A stretch of DNA of 64,000 bases from Raillietiella orientalis (Eukaryota): the NCBI GenBank assembly GCA_036172245.1, contig JAYWIR010000005.1:682001-746000 (forward strand). Direction: 5' to 3'. Positions 49,884 through 63,299 of the stretch are shown in pieces. How positions within the stretch are numbered: position 1 is the first letter of the stretch; each line of letters opens with the position of its first letter. A program made the translations under genes and the position numbers. The notes beneath the pieces were generated by a model. The model was given only the letters and a program-made list of their open reading frames with translations. It was not told the DNA's origin and did no database searches.

Positions 49884-50881
49884 GTTGAAAAGCAAAGTAA
49901 AATCCCAGGACGAACTGAAATTGGCAGATATTTTCAAATATATCACCTGAAATCTTTCGTGATACTTACAAAATTTTATATAATTTCTGTGGAATGGTTC
50001 AGGACGCTAACATTTCCTACGGATCCTGATTACTGCCATTTGACTGATGCTCATTAGCATACTTAAAATGCTCAACATAACATATTAAATACAAATATTT
50101 GAAAGCTGAAATAAAATAAACATTCAGTAAAAGGGAACCAATCTTTCGTACTCTTGGTCGTACAAAACCCGTTATTGTTATGTTTTATCATTTTTCCTAT
50201 TTATGCACAAGTGCGTTGACAAGCATTTTGGCATTAAAAGAGAAAAATTCATTTTTCTCTATCCATACCTGATACGCACTTATTACAAAACTCATCTCCT
50301 TTTCGTAAAAAGTCTTTTCCACTCAAACTGATCTTTTACATGAAGGTTCTTACATTAGCAAGATTCCCAACGGTCCAAACTTTAGCTTCCTATGCAATGG
50401 AAACATCGGGAAAATAGTAGTCCGGTTTGAAAAGGCTAAATTCACACGAAACCCTAAATCACCAGTGATTCCCACTGGGAAATAATTTACAAAAAGGAAG
50501 AATCATGTTATCGGGCAGAAAAATGGATTACGACCCAAACATTGGCACATTTTTGTTACCAGCACATACAAAACATAACCGAAACGAGATCAATATCACA
50601 TGAGTACAGTAGTATCAAAATGGCATGTTCCCCTTTTTAAAATGGTTCCTACATTTTTCTATAATCCCCCCTTATTCGTTGGCTCCATTTCTGAATTTAA
50701 AAAATCTTCAGTTCTATTTATTTCCATGTATTTACGAAAGGCCGTGCAAGGTGTGGTTGCAGTACCCTGTTCGAAGAAAACACCATTCGTGTAGCCTTTG
50801 GTTTCCAATGAGGATATTATTTTGCAAGCATCAAATCCATTTGTGATTGCCGTGGTAACAACCGTGAGTGCATTCCTCCAA
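49884..50881. promoter_or_regulatory. Candidate bidirectional promoter region NMT/calaxin with an RFX X-box
   Basis: Divergent ATGs about 1 kb apart; ATTGCCGTGGTAAC at 50846-50859 resembles the X-box GTTGCCATGGCAAC. Confidence 0.6.
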
Positions 50882-53800
50882 ATGAATTCCCTGAAAGTCA
50901 GGGCAAATTCCAAAAGCCATTCTCGATTCATCAATGTTCTCATTAAAAAAACTCATTGTAAGTAGTTTCGTTGTGTTTCCTAAGCCAGCAACTGTTCTAC
51001 ATTTTTATTTTTTCTTTAGAAATGTGCCTTAGATTGCGTTCTATTTACCCCGTTTAGCTGTCTTTTCCTACGTAGTCCTTTCCGATGCTTTCATTCCGTT
51101 GATACTTGAAAATTGAAAGCGGTACAAAAGTATATGGGCATAACCAAAATGTAGGACTGGACTCATGAGTGTTCAAAGTGTTTCAAAACAAGTACACAAC
51201 TTTCAATAGAAGGAGTGGACATTGTCATGTCCAACCACAATACAATTTGCAACTTTGAGAATTAAATCAGTGCAGCATTCGCAAAAAAAAAAAAAAAGAG
51301 GAAACTTTTCGACCCCGAAGAATCCCAGGAATATTTGGATCACACATTGAGTTTCTGTTCGTCAAAGGCAGTCGCATTCTACAAGGAAAACTTTTAGAAA
51401 ATGCAAATGAATGGCAGCGAGTGCATAAAACCTGCCCAGTTGCTCAATTTATTTACTCGAGAAGCCAGGAAAGGCTGAGCAAGGCTAAAGAAAGAAAGGT
51501 GGCATGCTGCTGAAGAATATGAGCTTTATTAGATGAAAACGACCTTCAGTGCATTTGAAACAACGTCTTTTGTTGCTTCTCACTTCCTTGTAAAAACCAA
51601 AAAAAAAAAATAGCGTTTCCATACAAAGCATCCTAGTAACGGCAAGATTTTCGATCAGTCAGCATTTTTCATTTGTTTTTTGGTTGATAGGGTTGGTATC
51701 AGCATCCCGGGTTTGATAGACGACTTAAAGAGAAGTTTCATGAATGGATTGACCAAGTACTTCACCGTTTCGACTGAAATGCTTTTCCTCCAGGTAAAAT
51801 AGGTTTCTTCGCCAGCAGTAGGCGATTGTAGGATGCACATGTACCCTGCCGATAAGGGAATTTTTTTTTTTTTTCTAGTGATGCGTAACGATCCATTTTG
51901 AAAAGCACTTTCGGCTCGATTCCTGAATGTAACCTTGAGGTTTTAGCATTTCCAAAGATGTACTTAAACAATGAGCTCCGAATCACTGATTTCTCCAAGC
52001 TGAGAAATACGGATATGATTGCCTCCCAAATCAGATGATGCCATGAAAAATCAGGAGTTACTACTGCTTTTTCGTTAGAACTGAAGATGGCATTCCAAGA
52101 TGATTTTCATTTTTCGTTATCATATTGAACCCAAAAGATCGTTTCATGATTTTTCTTTGAGTTGAAGTTCCCTTTGACTCAAGGACTAATCATTTGACAG
52201 CATTCAAGATCGGTCTGGTAAATCTCAGGGATCTTCTCATAGATTTGCTAAGTCTTCTTCCAGTACCAGAAAATGCTGAATGTACAGTGAGTTTTGGAGC
52301 ATATGTTTTCATCCCCTTCATTTAGATGAAATCACAGATTCTCAGTCCATTGTGAATTTCAAGATGTGTTCTTATCGTGTATATGAATAGGAGATTGTTA
52401 TTCATTTTATTTCCAGTCAACAAAAAGGAAATAGAAACCCTGCTTGCCTTATACGATGACATCATACAGAATTCTCCCAACAAGCAGTTAAATCAGAGCA
52501 TATTCCGTGGATTTCAACACAATTCCTTTGGCATAACAGACGATTTTATGCTGGATCGCATTTATTGTGCTTTCTTGACGAGTAATGAACCAAACATCAC
52601 TGACTCTGACTGGGTGATTGCGATGTCCATCATCCTTCGTGGAACACTGGAAGAAAAAATCCAATGTGAGTGATCGCTACTTTCCTTCTCGGCAATTCGA
52701 AAATATGGTAACACTGAAGTGTTTTTTTCCGAAATGAAATTCAATGCTGCGTATTCGAAACTGCCTATTATGATAAGCCGAAAGGTTCACAGAGTCTAGT
52801 AATACCAAATTCATATTTAAATTGATTACTTTTCATTCTTGCCATTCTTCCGAATTACCAAACAAGGTTCCCAGACCCTGCAATCATCACCATGAACCAG
52901 AAATACAGAGTTTACTATAAAAGTCTTTTCCGGTTTCCTCATTCCAAGATGCAATCTAGAATGCTACTTGGTATCAGCGCGTAGAAACATGGTGTATTGC
53001 AACTTTGGTAAGCCAGCAAATTTATGAATTCTCGACTGGAAGAATCAGTGACTAATGTGATAGGTCACAGCTACAGGAGGAAGCACTGTACCTCACGTAA
53101 ATGTACTCAGATGTACTTGTTCGAGGAAGACAACTATTGCGAACGAAAACAGGGAGGGATAAATTCCGTGCTTTGTACAAAATCAGCCTTGCACACAACT
53201 AACGTATTTAAAAGCTTCCTTGCAAGAAAATCAATCGTGATCTCCGGCTGGTACGGAGGAGGAATCAGAATTATTTTCGGGAAGTTCTTTGCTATGTAGA
53301 ATTCGTGCAATAAGGGATGCAAGCTTCCGTGTCTCCGTGATTTCCGGTGAGCGATGCTACAGCACGCAGCCCAGCAGCATTGGACCACTCCACCATTCTC
53401 ACGCTCATCGCTGAATTCGGAGCAGATTCCCTCTCATAGGTTCAGGATTTCTGCATCCCGTCTTCTAAGGATGCTGGCGTTCCAATCGACGGAATGCAAC
53501 GGACTCTTATTCGCTCTCGTTTCCGGCCGCATCCATAAGAGTTGCACATGATCCGCACAGATGCTATCCCACCTTGTTATGTGGTTCCTGTGACTAGTCC
53601 AGTTGCATGAAAATGCGTTAAAATGTCCGAAGGTAGCTTGCTCTTCTTCGATGCATCCTCACGTTCTTGAGTGGTGCCCTCGGGTACGCAGTATCAAGAA
53701 AAGGGTGAATGGACTGTTCTTTAATAAGATCGTTCACCTCTTTGTTGGTTTTAGCGATTTCCAGGAAGAGTCGCAGTTTGCCCAACGACCCTTAGATATC

Positions 53801-56800
53801 GGGATCGGATGTTAATTGTTTTTCTACCATTTGACAGAGATGTCTCATAAAAGGCAGACGCTTTAATAGAATAACTTTTAGAATCATTTAAAAACTGTGA
53901 AAACGCTTCTTCCAATAACGTTTCGTTTGTTTTCATTTTGTTTTGTTTAAGCTTTCTCTCTCTCTCTCTCTCACTCTCTCTCTCTCTATCTATCTGCCTG
54001 CCTTGGTATCTGTATCAAGAATTGGCCACGCCAAGACTCTGCAAAGCTCGTTTTCCATCCTCAGGAATAGTTGAATGTGCTGTGGACCAGCACATTCAAC
54101 TGCACTTTTCTTGCTGGTTCGTGAGAAACGAGGAAGATGCATCAGGAGTGAGAGCTGCATCTTGTCTTTCAACTATGAGGCGAGCGAGCGCACTTAGGGG
54201 CAGAAGCGGAAGCTCTTACAGAAACAGCGATGCCTTGAGAGTGAAAGAATGCTGAAGAAGCGGGAAACCTACTGGAAGAGCCAGGTTCCCTCTTTCCACC
54301 TCGTGGCAAATCCTTAAAGTCCGCTGCGAAAGTCTGCGCATCAGCAATTCAGAAGAGAAGTAACACTTTTTCTAAATGCCCAGGGTCCATCGAACACCTT
54401 GAAACGATATTTTGGGTGCGCATCTCCTCACACGAGGGAAAATCAGAAAGAAAGAATGCATCTCGAAAATTGGATGCCTTTATTTCGGCACCGTTTTAAC
54501 AGGACAGTGGCTTCGATTGCGTCACTCCAACTGTGGAGACGCAAAAACTGATGTGCATCGGTCTGATTTCAAGATTCTCAGGGTCTCTGACCAAGGATGG
54601 TCTCAAAGTCTTCTGACCTGTAGTTTCTGTGACCAAAGATGAACCCAGATGGGAAGCGGAGTTACCTTCCACTGCCGAAGACTGCATGAGATCGAAAGAT
54701 GAAATTCCAAATAGGAACTGCACCGAGAACACGGCCGTTCCCCAAACATCGGAATGCTGAAGAAGGAGATGCTTGGGGGAGGAAATGTCTTTCGTTGGAA
54801 ATTGACCGGATGAACGGATGGGTATCAGCGAAGTTGTGCTTTCACACCAGTTCTTGGCTGGTACTGAGGTTTTCGTGGCTTAACCATGCTTTTTGAGTTG
54901 ATATCCCGATCCGTTCTCGTTGCGTTGAAATGAGAAGCTGCGCGTAGAGTATGCAAACGCATCTTCTTTGGGTCTTGGAGATTCCCGGATCTGAGTTTCC
55001 GATTCGATTTGATCTCCTGGTCTTTTTGGTTTTCTCCGCTGCCCTCTTTACTGCCCGACCTTCTCCGGATTAAATCTGGATCAAGAATCTTGGATTCTTC
55101 GATGTAGCCTTCACCTTGGGAACCTTTCCCGTGTCTTTCAAGCAAACCCCATCCCTCGTTCTTCGTTTCAGTCCACCGTTAAGCCAGCATTCATTTCCTT
55201 TCATTGAATGAGTTGAGGACGGATGATCTCCGCTCTTCATTTTCGTCGACGAGATTCTATGCGTTCACACACACACACACAAATTGACCTGAATCTTCGG
55301 GACGATATTTCCGGTTCCTTTTTCTGGTAGTAGAGGAATGCCTTCTAAACGGTTTCTTTACGGTGGAGTGTTTCCCCTTGAACAGAATGCAACACACTCT
55401 TGATATGAGATTTCTTCAGTTTGCTTCAGAGCGTATGATCTGAATGGAGATGGATTCATTACCAAAGAGGAAATGTACCCATTTATGAGGGGAAGTCTTT
55501 TTAATCCCGTCCCAGACGATGATCCCGAAGAAGGCATTAAGGATTTAATAGGTGAGATAACCGGATTGTACTTTATCACCACGTATGTGATGAATGACCT
55601 GCGCTTACATGACATTCACACATTGGTTCTACTTATATTCCTGCCGTACAACACAGATTTTCCTTTTGCCTAGTGAAAATCTATACGTCCAAGAGGATGC
55701 CCTCGATCCATGTGGCACGAACGAAAAAGGGAGTACACTTCCAGTCTTCTATAAACAAAGAGATTCCATGTTGATTTAATGCATGTTTCTTCTAAGTGGA
55801 GAGATACTTATTCATTATACGTGGTTAATTCTATGCTTACTGTGTGCATGTCTGGAAAAAAAAAAAAAAACATGCAATCAAACTGAAGTCAGTTTTCACT
55901 TACGTGACAATGCCTTGCTAGAACAACATCCTTCTACTGGAAAAAGTCTTCAATTTGTCCGATTTGAAAAGTCCTCCAAAATGAATTTTTCCGTGAAATT
56001 TTCCAATTCATCATACCGCAAAGTCGGAACGCGCTTCGGTTAGCAAGAAGTGAATGAAGCAAATCACATTCAAAGGAGCAGAAAACGCAAAAGAAGGCTG
56101 ATTGACGCTTTCCGGTTAAAATTATCCACTGTGTTGTGACAATGAATAAATATAAAGAAGCAAACGTCCGTATGATTCCCAAACACTTGTAGGATATGTG
56201 ACAACTTGTGAGCAAAATTCCTAGCATTCTGTTCAATCTATCGATCGAACTCAGCTTGATGAAAAAGTATGGGAATGTGCAAAAGTGCAGATTTTTATGC
56301 CTGTAGTTCAGAAACGAAACGTCGCCTGCTAATAGACAGGAGAAAATGCTTTCCTATTCATTTCGAATTCCAAGGAACAGCACGCAAAGGAATGTGGCAA
56401 GACTGATTGTTATCGATACCGCACGTTCGTGAACGAGCGTGCGTGGAAGTGAATGGTGTTTTTGAATGCAGGGACACTTTTGCATCTTACCACACTGGCC
56501 GTTTATGAGAGGTCATGAGGAAAATCACGAGGAAGGGAGCACGTGCATCAGGTGGCGAGGAGGAACATGTGCCCCGCGGATGGCATAAACGAAACCAAGT
56601 TTGGGCATCTCTCATGCTTCACAGTAAAACACGTCGAAGAAGCCTACGGGATGTGATTCCAGGGATGCACTCCCGAACGTGTCACCCCCTCCCGATGCAG
56701 TATGAACTCGATCACATCAGCATACGTATAAAGCGTGGCAAATAGAAACACAGTATCCCGACAAAACTGTGCTATGACACTGGGAACCCTGTGGCAACAC

Positions 56801-59800
56801 ACCTTTTGCGTGAGCGCCATTGGCAAATCCATCCATCCCAGAGATAAATCCAAACATCAGTCAGTTTATGGGAGGCCACTGTGTAATTTCGTTTGCTCCA
56901 GCGTGATTTCATTTAGTTTTTGCGGCGAGTTCTCTATTCGGAATTCCCAAGAGTTGACGGAAGTGATGCTGACATCCCATCATTTAAACACTTACTGATT
57001 CGTCTGATCCGGTCCTCCCTACGTAGCTTGAACGAAAATCGCATGGCATTTTACATTTCACATTCGAAAACTTCCCCATTGCGACTCAGTAGCCGGGACC
57101 CCTGCGGGTCAATGCAGGGGTCCCAGGTATCGCCATTTCGAACTGGGATTTTTGCCACTCGACCGGTGTGCTCTGCAATGGGTTGCTGTGGCGTGTGCAG
57201 CAATTCCCCATCGGCTGCTGTTTTCGAACGGGGGTCCACGCGAGACGCGCATGGAAAGTGGCCAGAAACCTCACTCGCTGTAGCTATCGATCCCACTGCT
57301 GCCGCTCGAAATGCGTCACACAGCAGTGCACGGGCCACAAGGTGACCAGCAGAAAACCAAAGGGGAAGGCAAAATTTTATGCCTTTTGACGGCTTCGATT
57401 TTCACCCGGACACCTTGGGGCGTTTAATGAAAGTTAATTCAACTCAAAAAAAGAAAACTTCATAGAATGCCTCTATAAAATTTAAATAAACGAATGAGCG
57501 AGGATGGGCGCCCAACTGTTCGTTTGTGACAGCATCGAAGGGAACAGATTTTGTGAAGATGTTTTATGCCTTCAGTGGAAGCACTCTTGTATAGTCAGCA
57601 TGCCTGAGGAACTGAATTCCAGCCGTTCAGGGCACTCAGCGAAGTGAAGTACTTTGGCATTTGTGAGAGAATGAGGATGCTGAGAGGTGCAGCACAATGG
57701 CAGATGCTGCCCATTCAGGATGCTGAGCGCCAAGAGATAGAGGTTTGTCCTCCGGATGCAGCGAAGACGTCTTCGTCGATCAAGGGACGGACTCGTTCAC
57801 GAGCTCATCTTGCCGAGTTCCCTGTCTTCTTTGAGCCGGAATGCTTTCAGCTCAAGAATGGAGTACTCGCAAAGCGGGTAGCAGCGAGTTTCAAATGAGG
57901 TCGAGTACTTGGGAACCCATCGCCTGATTGCACGTGCTCGTTAGTTGGTCGGCAGAAAAAAAAACAAAAAGGGAGTGCGCAGAAAATCGTTGAATCCGAA
58001 AAAAAAAAATAAAATACGCGCATACCAAAACGTCAAACCGGACTCCCTAAATCAATCGGTTACTAAATGGATTGGATGCGGAATGTGCTGGAGCAGCCGT
58101 GCAACTAAATACAAAACTGACGACGTTGGTATTTATTGGCTGTGCATGAAGAAAAAAGATCACCAAGAATGATGATTCAAGCTCTGAACCGGCAAAGATG
58201 AATTCGCATTATATCAATCGCCCTTATCATATCATTTGCAGCGTGGCGAACAGTAGGCATCTGGTATCCCTTACTATTTTCACAAGAACTGCCACGAGCA
58301 GTCCTTCCGAACATTTCGGCGCCTGATGATCAGGTGCACTGAGGCTACCGCGAGGAAAGGGATCTTGCGGTCATCACCACGGCCACCGGGTTGCCTCAGG
58401 CATTCGTTCGAGCGTCCGATGGCGAAGAGAGCGCGTGCTGGCGAAACGCCGGAGTTGTGTGTGCCCAGTGTGTTTTCTGCGGTGCGTTCGAGATGATTTT
58501 CCTCATCCGTTCCATGGGAATTGCGGAATGCTCTGTTATCGAGGATACACGAAATGAAGTGTTTGAATAACACCTTCACGGAAAACGGAGCAGCGGCGGA
58601 TGCGAGCCAAGTGTTGCCAAGTATAGACGCCTGGTTGATGACTGGTTGAGCAGTCCATTTCTCAGAGCCTTAAGCTCCGGAAGCGAAAATGGAAACGAGA
58701 AAATATGCATGGATTTCCGACAAGCCGTTTCTCGGAAACTGCGAGACTTTTCGTATTTTTGCTCAGATGTTTCAAATCGCGGCATGCCCCCGTATAACGC
58801 GGGCGGGTGCATGCGTTCCGCGCTATACGGATCCGCGTTGAACCAGCCCTACGGACTGCACACGGATCACAGGACAGTGACTACAAGAGGCAGGAAGTGT
58901 ATCTTGGGCAACGGAATGTTTGTCACTTCACTCTGAAACAGAAACGGGAGATTCAAAGTGTTCGTCTGGTGCCGAAACTGCTCTTTGAGCACTCCGCGTT
59001 TTCCGATGCGGGCGCTTCCTCCACGCAATGAGGGGAGAGGAAAGAGGGGACATCTCCACCGGGGTGAGAAGACGGGGAAAAAGGAGGAAGACCAAAGTTC
59101 CGTCTGCTTCTCTCTTTCCCGAAATCCCATGGGAACCCACCTCTCTCTGCAGCGGTGCAGCCTCGCCCTCCCGTTGGGGAGCCGAGACCGTAAGGTTCCC
59201 GAAGAGGGAGCGGAGCTCGGGCCGCCTCCGCGCTTCCGTGCTCTTTCTGGCCCTCCCGAGAGCAGTCAAAGGGTGAGACGGGGTTTCATCACCACCGGAC
59301 AGGCGCGTCGTCACGTTGGGGCGGCTTCGAGTTGGCCGCTTCCGCGCGCGGGCCCACGGGAGCGTCTTCTGACCCTCTCGACTTCCGCTTCTAGCGACCG
59401 GGGAATGCTGGCCGGGGGAAGGATCGCGGGCAGAGTGGGGAGGCGCCTCCGGGAAGCCGCGTGCTTGTAATCATTGGCCTTGGTCTTGGTTGGCGGTCGC
59501 CGAGGACGCCGGAATCACCTCCGTAGGGAGAGACGGAAGGAAGGCGCGGAGTAGATGCAGGGCGATGAGGCGAGCTGAGCGCCTGCCCGCCTTCAGCGGC
59601 CGCGCGACAACGCCAGGCGTCGCTGGTAATCGAATCCCCCTTGGAGAGGGGAAGGTCGACGCCGAGAACGGCAGGGGAAGTCGTGAGTTTCGATTGTCCC
59701 CTGCCCTAACCCCTCAAGATGATGCTGGTTGGCCTATTTGGGTGCTGCACCGGTGGCACTGGGAGCAGTAGCAACCTTGCCACTGCACCCAGTGGCAGGA

Positions 59801-61444
59801 TGAGTGGCACGCACCCTCGGGTGGCGTGGACAATGCCAAAGAGGAGCTTCGTGATCTGTCAGGGGCACCGATCTCGGAATACTTAGCTCGCTAAGTATTC
59901 CGAGGAAAGAAGGGAAGTGGCCAACGAAAGAAGGGTGCAGCAGGGGAGAACCAGGGTCCGCTTCCGGAACCGAAGGCGGCGTGCGCAAGAGCCACCTCCA
60001 CCAGGCGAGGTGGCTACAGTTGGAGGCGAATACGTGAGCCCGGTTGCGGCAGGAGGCTGAGGCGCCTTCCATGTGTGGACGGCGGGAACCTCTAAACACG
60101 CGCCGAAGTGCGCCCGCTCGGTCCGCAGTGGCTCGGCGGACTGCTGCGGTGCTCTCATGGCCAAGAAGCGCGAGGCAACCGCTGCCCTCGGCAGCAGCCG
60201 GAACCGCATCGGTGTGTCGGTTGGGCGCCGAAGAGGTGGCGACGTCGGTGCGCCCGCCGTTCCTACAGCATCGCAACATCCGCACAGAGAGCGAAGGAAG
60301 AGATCCAACATCTGCAAAACGCCTTCTTCCCTCCCGCGCGTGGCGCGAGGAGATTTATATATATATATAAATATATATATAAATATAAATATATACATTG
60401 ATTTGTTTCTTTCAATGCAGTACTTAAGAAATGTACATATATGAAAATGAGAAATGTACATACAGTAGATGCGAGGTGGAAACGATCTATCCATACAGAT
60501 CCGTACGCGTACCGAACGTATGCAGACAACCCTATTTGCGGCAGCGTCTCGAACGGGGCGAGCGAAAGTGCACCAACAGCCGAGTGGGGGAGAGGGGGAA
60601 GGTGCGTGCGCGGGGGTGGTTTGGAAAGACACGCCGGACGCGGGTTCTTCAAGTCCATGACCACCCGCCGCTGCCGAAGAGGGAGGGCGTGAGGGTTCGC
60701 GTAGCGGCCGCGAAAACCCCACGTACCACCTGCAAGCGGCGTCGAAGAGGTCTTTCGCCTTCCGGATGCGCTCCCACGGAAGAGCTCGAAAGGGACGCCT
60801 TGGAACGCCTTCGGCGCGTGTTCGGGTTTGCATCGGGAATGATGGTGTACGAGGAAGAGGGTAGGGCTGAGACCAGGAGGTGCAGAAGAAGATGAGGAAA
60901 GGAGGATACCCCTCGTCCACACGTGGAATACGCGACCACGGCGGCTGCTGCAGTTCTGCGATCTCCTCGACTCGTCCGCTCGTCCCGGGGACCCGTTCGA
61001 TGGGAAGTCGAGAACGAGTTGGGAACGGGGGGAGGGGGAAATGCTCCCCAGAGGATCACGGGCTGCTGCTGAAAGGCAGGGCGGAAACCGTGGCGATGCG
61101 TGCCTCGTCGAACGCGGCGAGCGGTCGCGCCGCCTACTCGAATCCTGCAGGTGGGAAAAGGTTGCGCCGTTCGTTCCCGGTGGGTTGGATGGCGTTCCAG
61201 GAGCGCGCCACCCGTGCAGAACCCACGGGGTCGTGCAGCCGGGGGCGCGTCTCCCGCCGCTCGTGCTGAACTTCCGGCCTCCAGGAGGGCATGCGCAGCT
61301 CACCTTCGTGCCTCGCCAGACATCGTCCTGCGGAAGTGCGACAAGGACCACGACGGCAAAATATCGGCCGACGACTACAAGAAGGCGGTGTCGGAGGACC
61401 CTCTACTGCTGCAGATTCTGGGGAAGTGCTTCCCTGAGTTGAAG
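50882..61444 (+). CDS. EFCAB1: Calaxin / EF-hand calcium-binding domain protein 1; last exon not identified
   Basis: Exons 50882-50957, 52417-52665, 55420-55551 and 61320-61444 (194 codons, phase-consistent). Motifs [107 protein letters not shown]. Confidence 0.92.
51050..52150 (-). mobile_element. Possible highly decayed CR1/Jockey-type LINE fragment in calaxin intron 1
   Basis: Scattered motif echoes in the expected order on the minus strand: VVTPDFSWHHLIW (GDFN-like), LVNPFMKLLFKSSIKPG..IP..KK and TAFD (KAFD-like). Weak. Confidence 0.3.
53955..53992. repeat. (CT)n microsatellite
   Basis: Visible directly in the sequence. Confidence 0.85.
56700..60150. mobile_element. Possible LTR-retrotransposon debris in calaxin intron 3
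   Basis: Integrase-like WMDLPMAL...P..F.R (minus, about 56760-56850), RT-like SEVKYFG and FQLKNGVL (plus, about 57640-57870), and a gag-knuckle-like echo near 60070. Fragmentary, with mixed orientation. Confidence 0.28.
60354..60396. repeat. (AT)n microsatellite
   Basis: tatatatatataaatatatatataaatataaatatatac. Confidence 0.85.
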
Positions 61445-62904
61445 GTGGGTCGCCCCCCCCGCTCAAGACGCGCTGCGGCCGCATTCCCCTCCTGCTCCGT
61501 GCTCAAGGTGGGCTCCCTGCGAGGTCGGCTCCTTTGGCGTGAGGAGAATGGCGCCGGGACTCTCGGACGCTCCCCCGCGCGTCCGAGAGTGCGTCCGTTC
61601 GGCGGTGCTTCGGCTGTTGCGCGACGGACAGCGGCCGAAAGAGCCGAGCGCCTCGGTGCGCCGTTGTCCTATCGGAGGTCCCTAAACGGCCCGGACGTGG
61701 GATTGGGCTGGACTGGGCGGGGAAAGGGTAAGATGCAGCGCGTTCCCTCGATCGCCGGCTGCCTCCGGCCGCCGTCTCGAGCGCCCATGGTGCCGCTCTG
61801 CCAGGCACGCCGCCTCACTACCGCGCGCGCGCGACCTCGTCCGTCCCGCGCGCACTTTGCCCCAGCCCTTTGTTTCCTCCTTTCCTTTTTCCGTCATGGT
61901 TGCCAGTTGTCTCGTTGCTTCGGTTTCCGTGAGGGCCGCTCGTGCACCAACGTAGGTTTCCGCGGTTGCGCGATACCGCCGCCGCGTTTGACGGCGCTCG
62001 CTCGCTCCGGTTACGCCGGACTGGCTGCTCCTGCACACTCGCGAGGCCCGCGAAAGGAGGTCCGGACGGAGCAGCCTCCGGGAAGGTGCCGACCCGCGTT
62101 CTGCGCGGCCCGGCCCGGCCCCAGCAGGCTGAACCCCCGGGCACGCGGAGGGAAACCTTGAGCGATCCGCGTCGGCGGGAGAGAACCGAGGTCCGCTTTC
62201 CGAGGCAACCGCCCCTCTCGCTGCTGGCGCGCGTCCCTGCGACCCCTGCGCGCACGCGGTCCCGAGACGGCGGCTTCGGGATCGTGAGCGGGCGCGCCAC
62301 CCCTTTCCGTCCCATCCTTCTCTCTCCCTGCACCCTTACTGGACGACCGCCGAAGATTCGAGAACCTGGCGGGGAGACCACCCAGTTTGCCCAATGCGAA
62401 AGCGTGTCACTCAGGGATTCGCTCTGTGGCGGACCGTTCATCCCCGCTGCGGAAGATGACGACGATGTCGTCCCCTCCCCCAGCCAGCGGGTGCCTCCGA
62501 TATCGGAACTGCGTGGACCATAAATGTGGCGCCCTCTGCAGCATGCTTGGTGACGCGAACTTCGGGAGGCGGCAAGGAGGAAATAGACGGGAAGCGGTTT
62601 CCTTCCAGCTTCCTCTGCTTCCATTATTTATGTCACGGGACATTATGTATGTAATCTAACCGCATAACCCTTGCATTGTGTGACCGCAGATGTGAGGAGA
62701 CCCCCGCCGTTTTTTCGACCTGCCAGTCGCGTTCCGGGTCGTGGCAACCAGAGAGCTCTGCGTGCGTCGGTCATCATCGCGTGTTATTTATTATCTGGCA
62801 ATTCATACATGTTGCTGTGAGTCTTCACAAGTAGTCATCGCCCTGCAGTTGTCACCAAAAAAATCGTCACTACATACAAGTAGTCGCTGCAATATGTCGT
62901 GGCT

Positions 62905-63245
62905 GCATGTTATTAGCTATTGCTGCGCATCATAAGTCGTTACTGTAATTAGTGACCACTATATATTATTACTGAGTACTAGTTACATCATCATTAGTTC
63001 TTAGTAGATCTTATGACTACGCGTCATTAGTTACTACTGCATGCTAGTGATTTTGAACTAGTGCGCATTAATAGCTATTACTGTCTTCTGTTAATAGTCA
63101 TTGCCATTTTATTATTAAGCAGCCATTACTACGTATTAGGAGTTGTAATTGCATCTTACGACCATTAGTTGATACTGCATATTATTATAAATAGTGATTA
63201 CCGTACATTATTACTAAATAGTTATCTTACCGCATATTATTATTG
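62905..63245. repeat. AT-rich degenerate TTA/TAC/TAG low-complexity island
   Basis: Repeated attatt/ttacta/ttag words; ends abruptly at a GCGC-rich run at about 63248. Confidence 0.6.
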
Positions 63246-63299
63246 CCTGCGCGCGCGCGGGAATCAGTCGCGTTTTCGCGGCGCACGGCGGAAGCGCCG

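Noticed and set aside
49883..50957. Functional pairing of NMT with calaxin as enzyme and substrate
   Set aside because: The predicted calaxin N-terminus MNSLK lacks the Gly2 needed for myristoylation.
61445..62695. Calaxin C-terminus by read-through to 62161, or by an ATG-TGA mini-exon near 62690
   Set aside because: The read-through has no calaxin similarity and passes a good donor; the mini-exon cannot be supported. The last exon may lie beyond the window.
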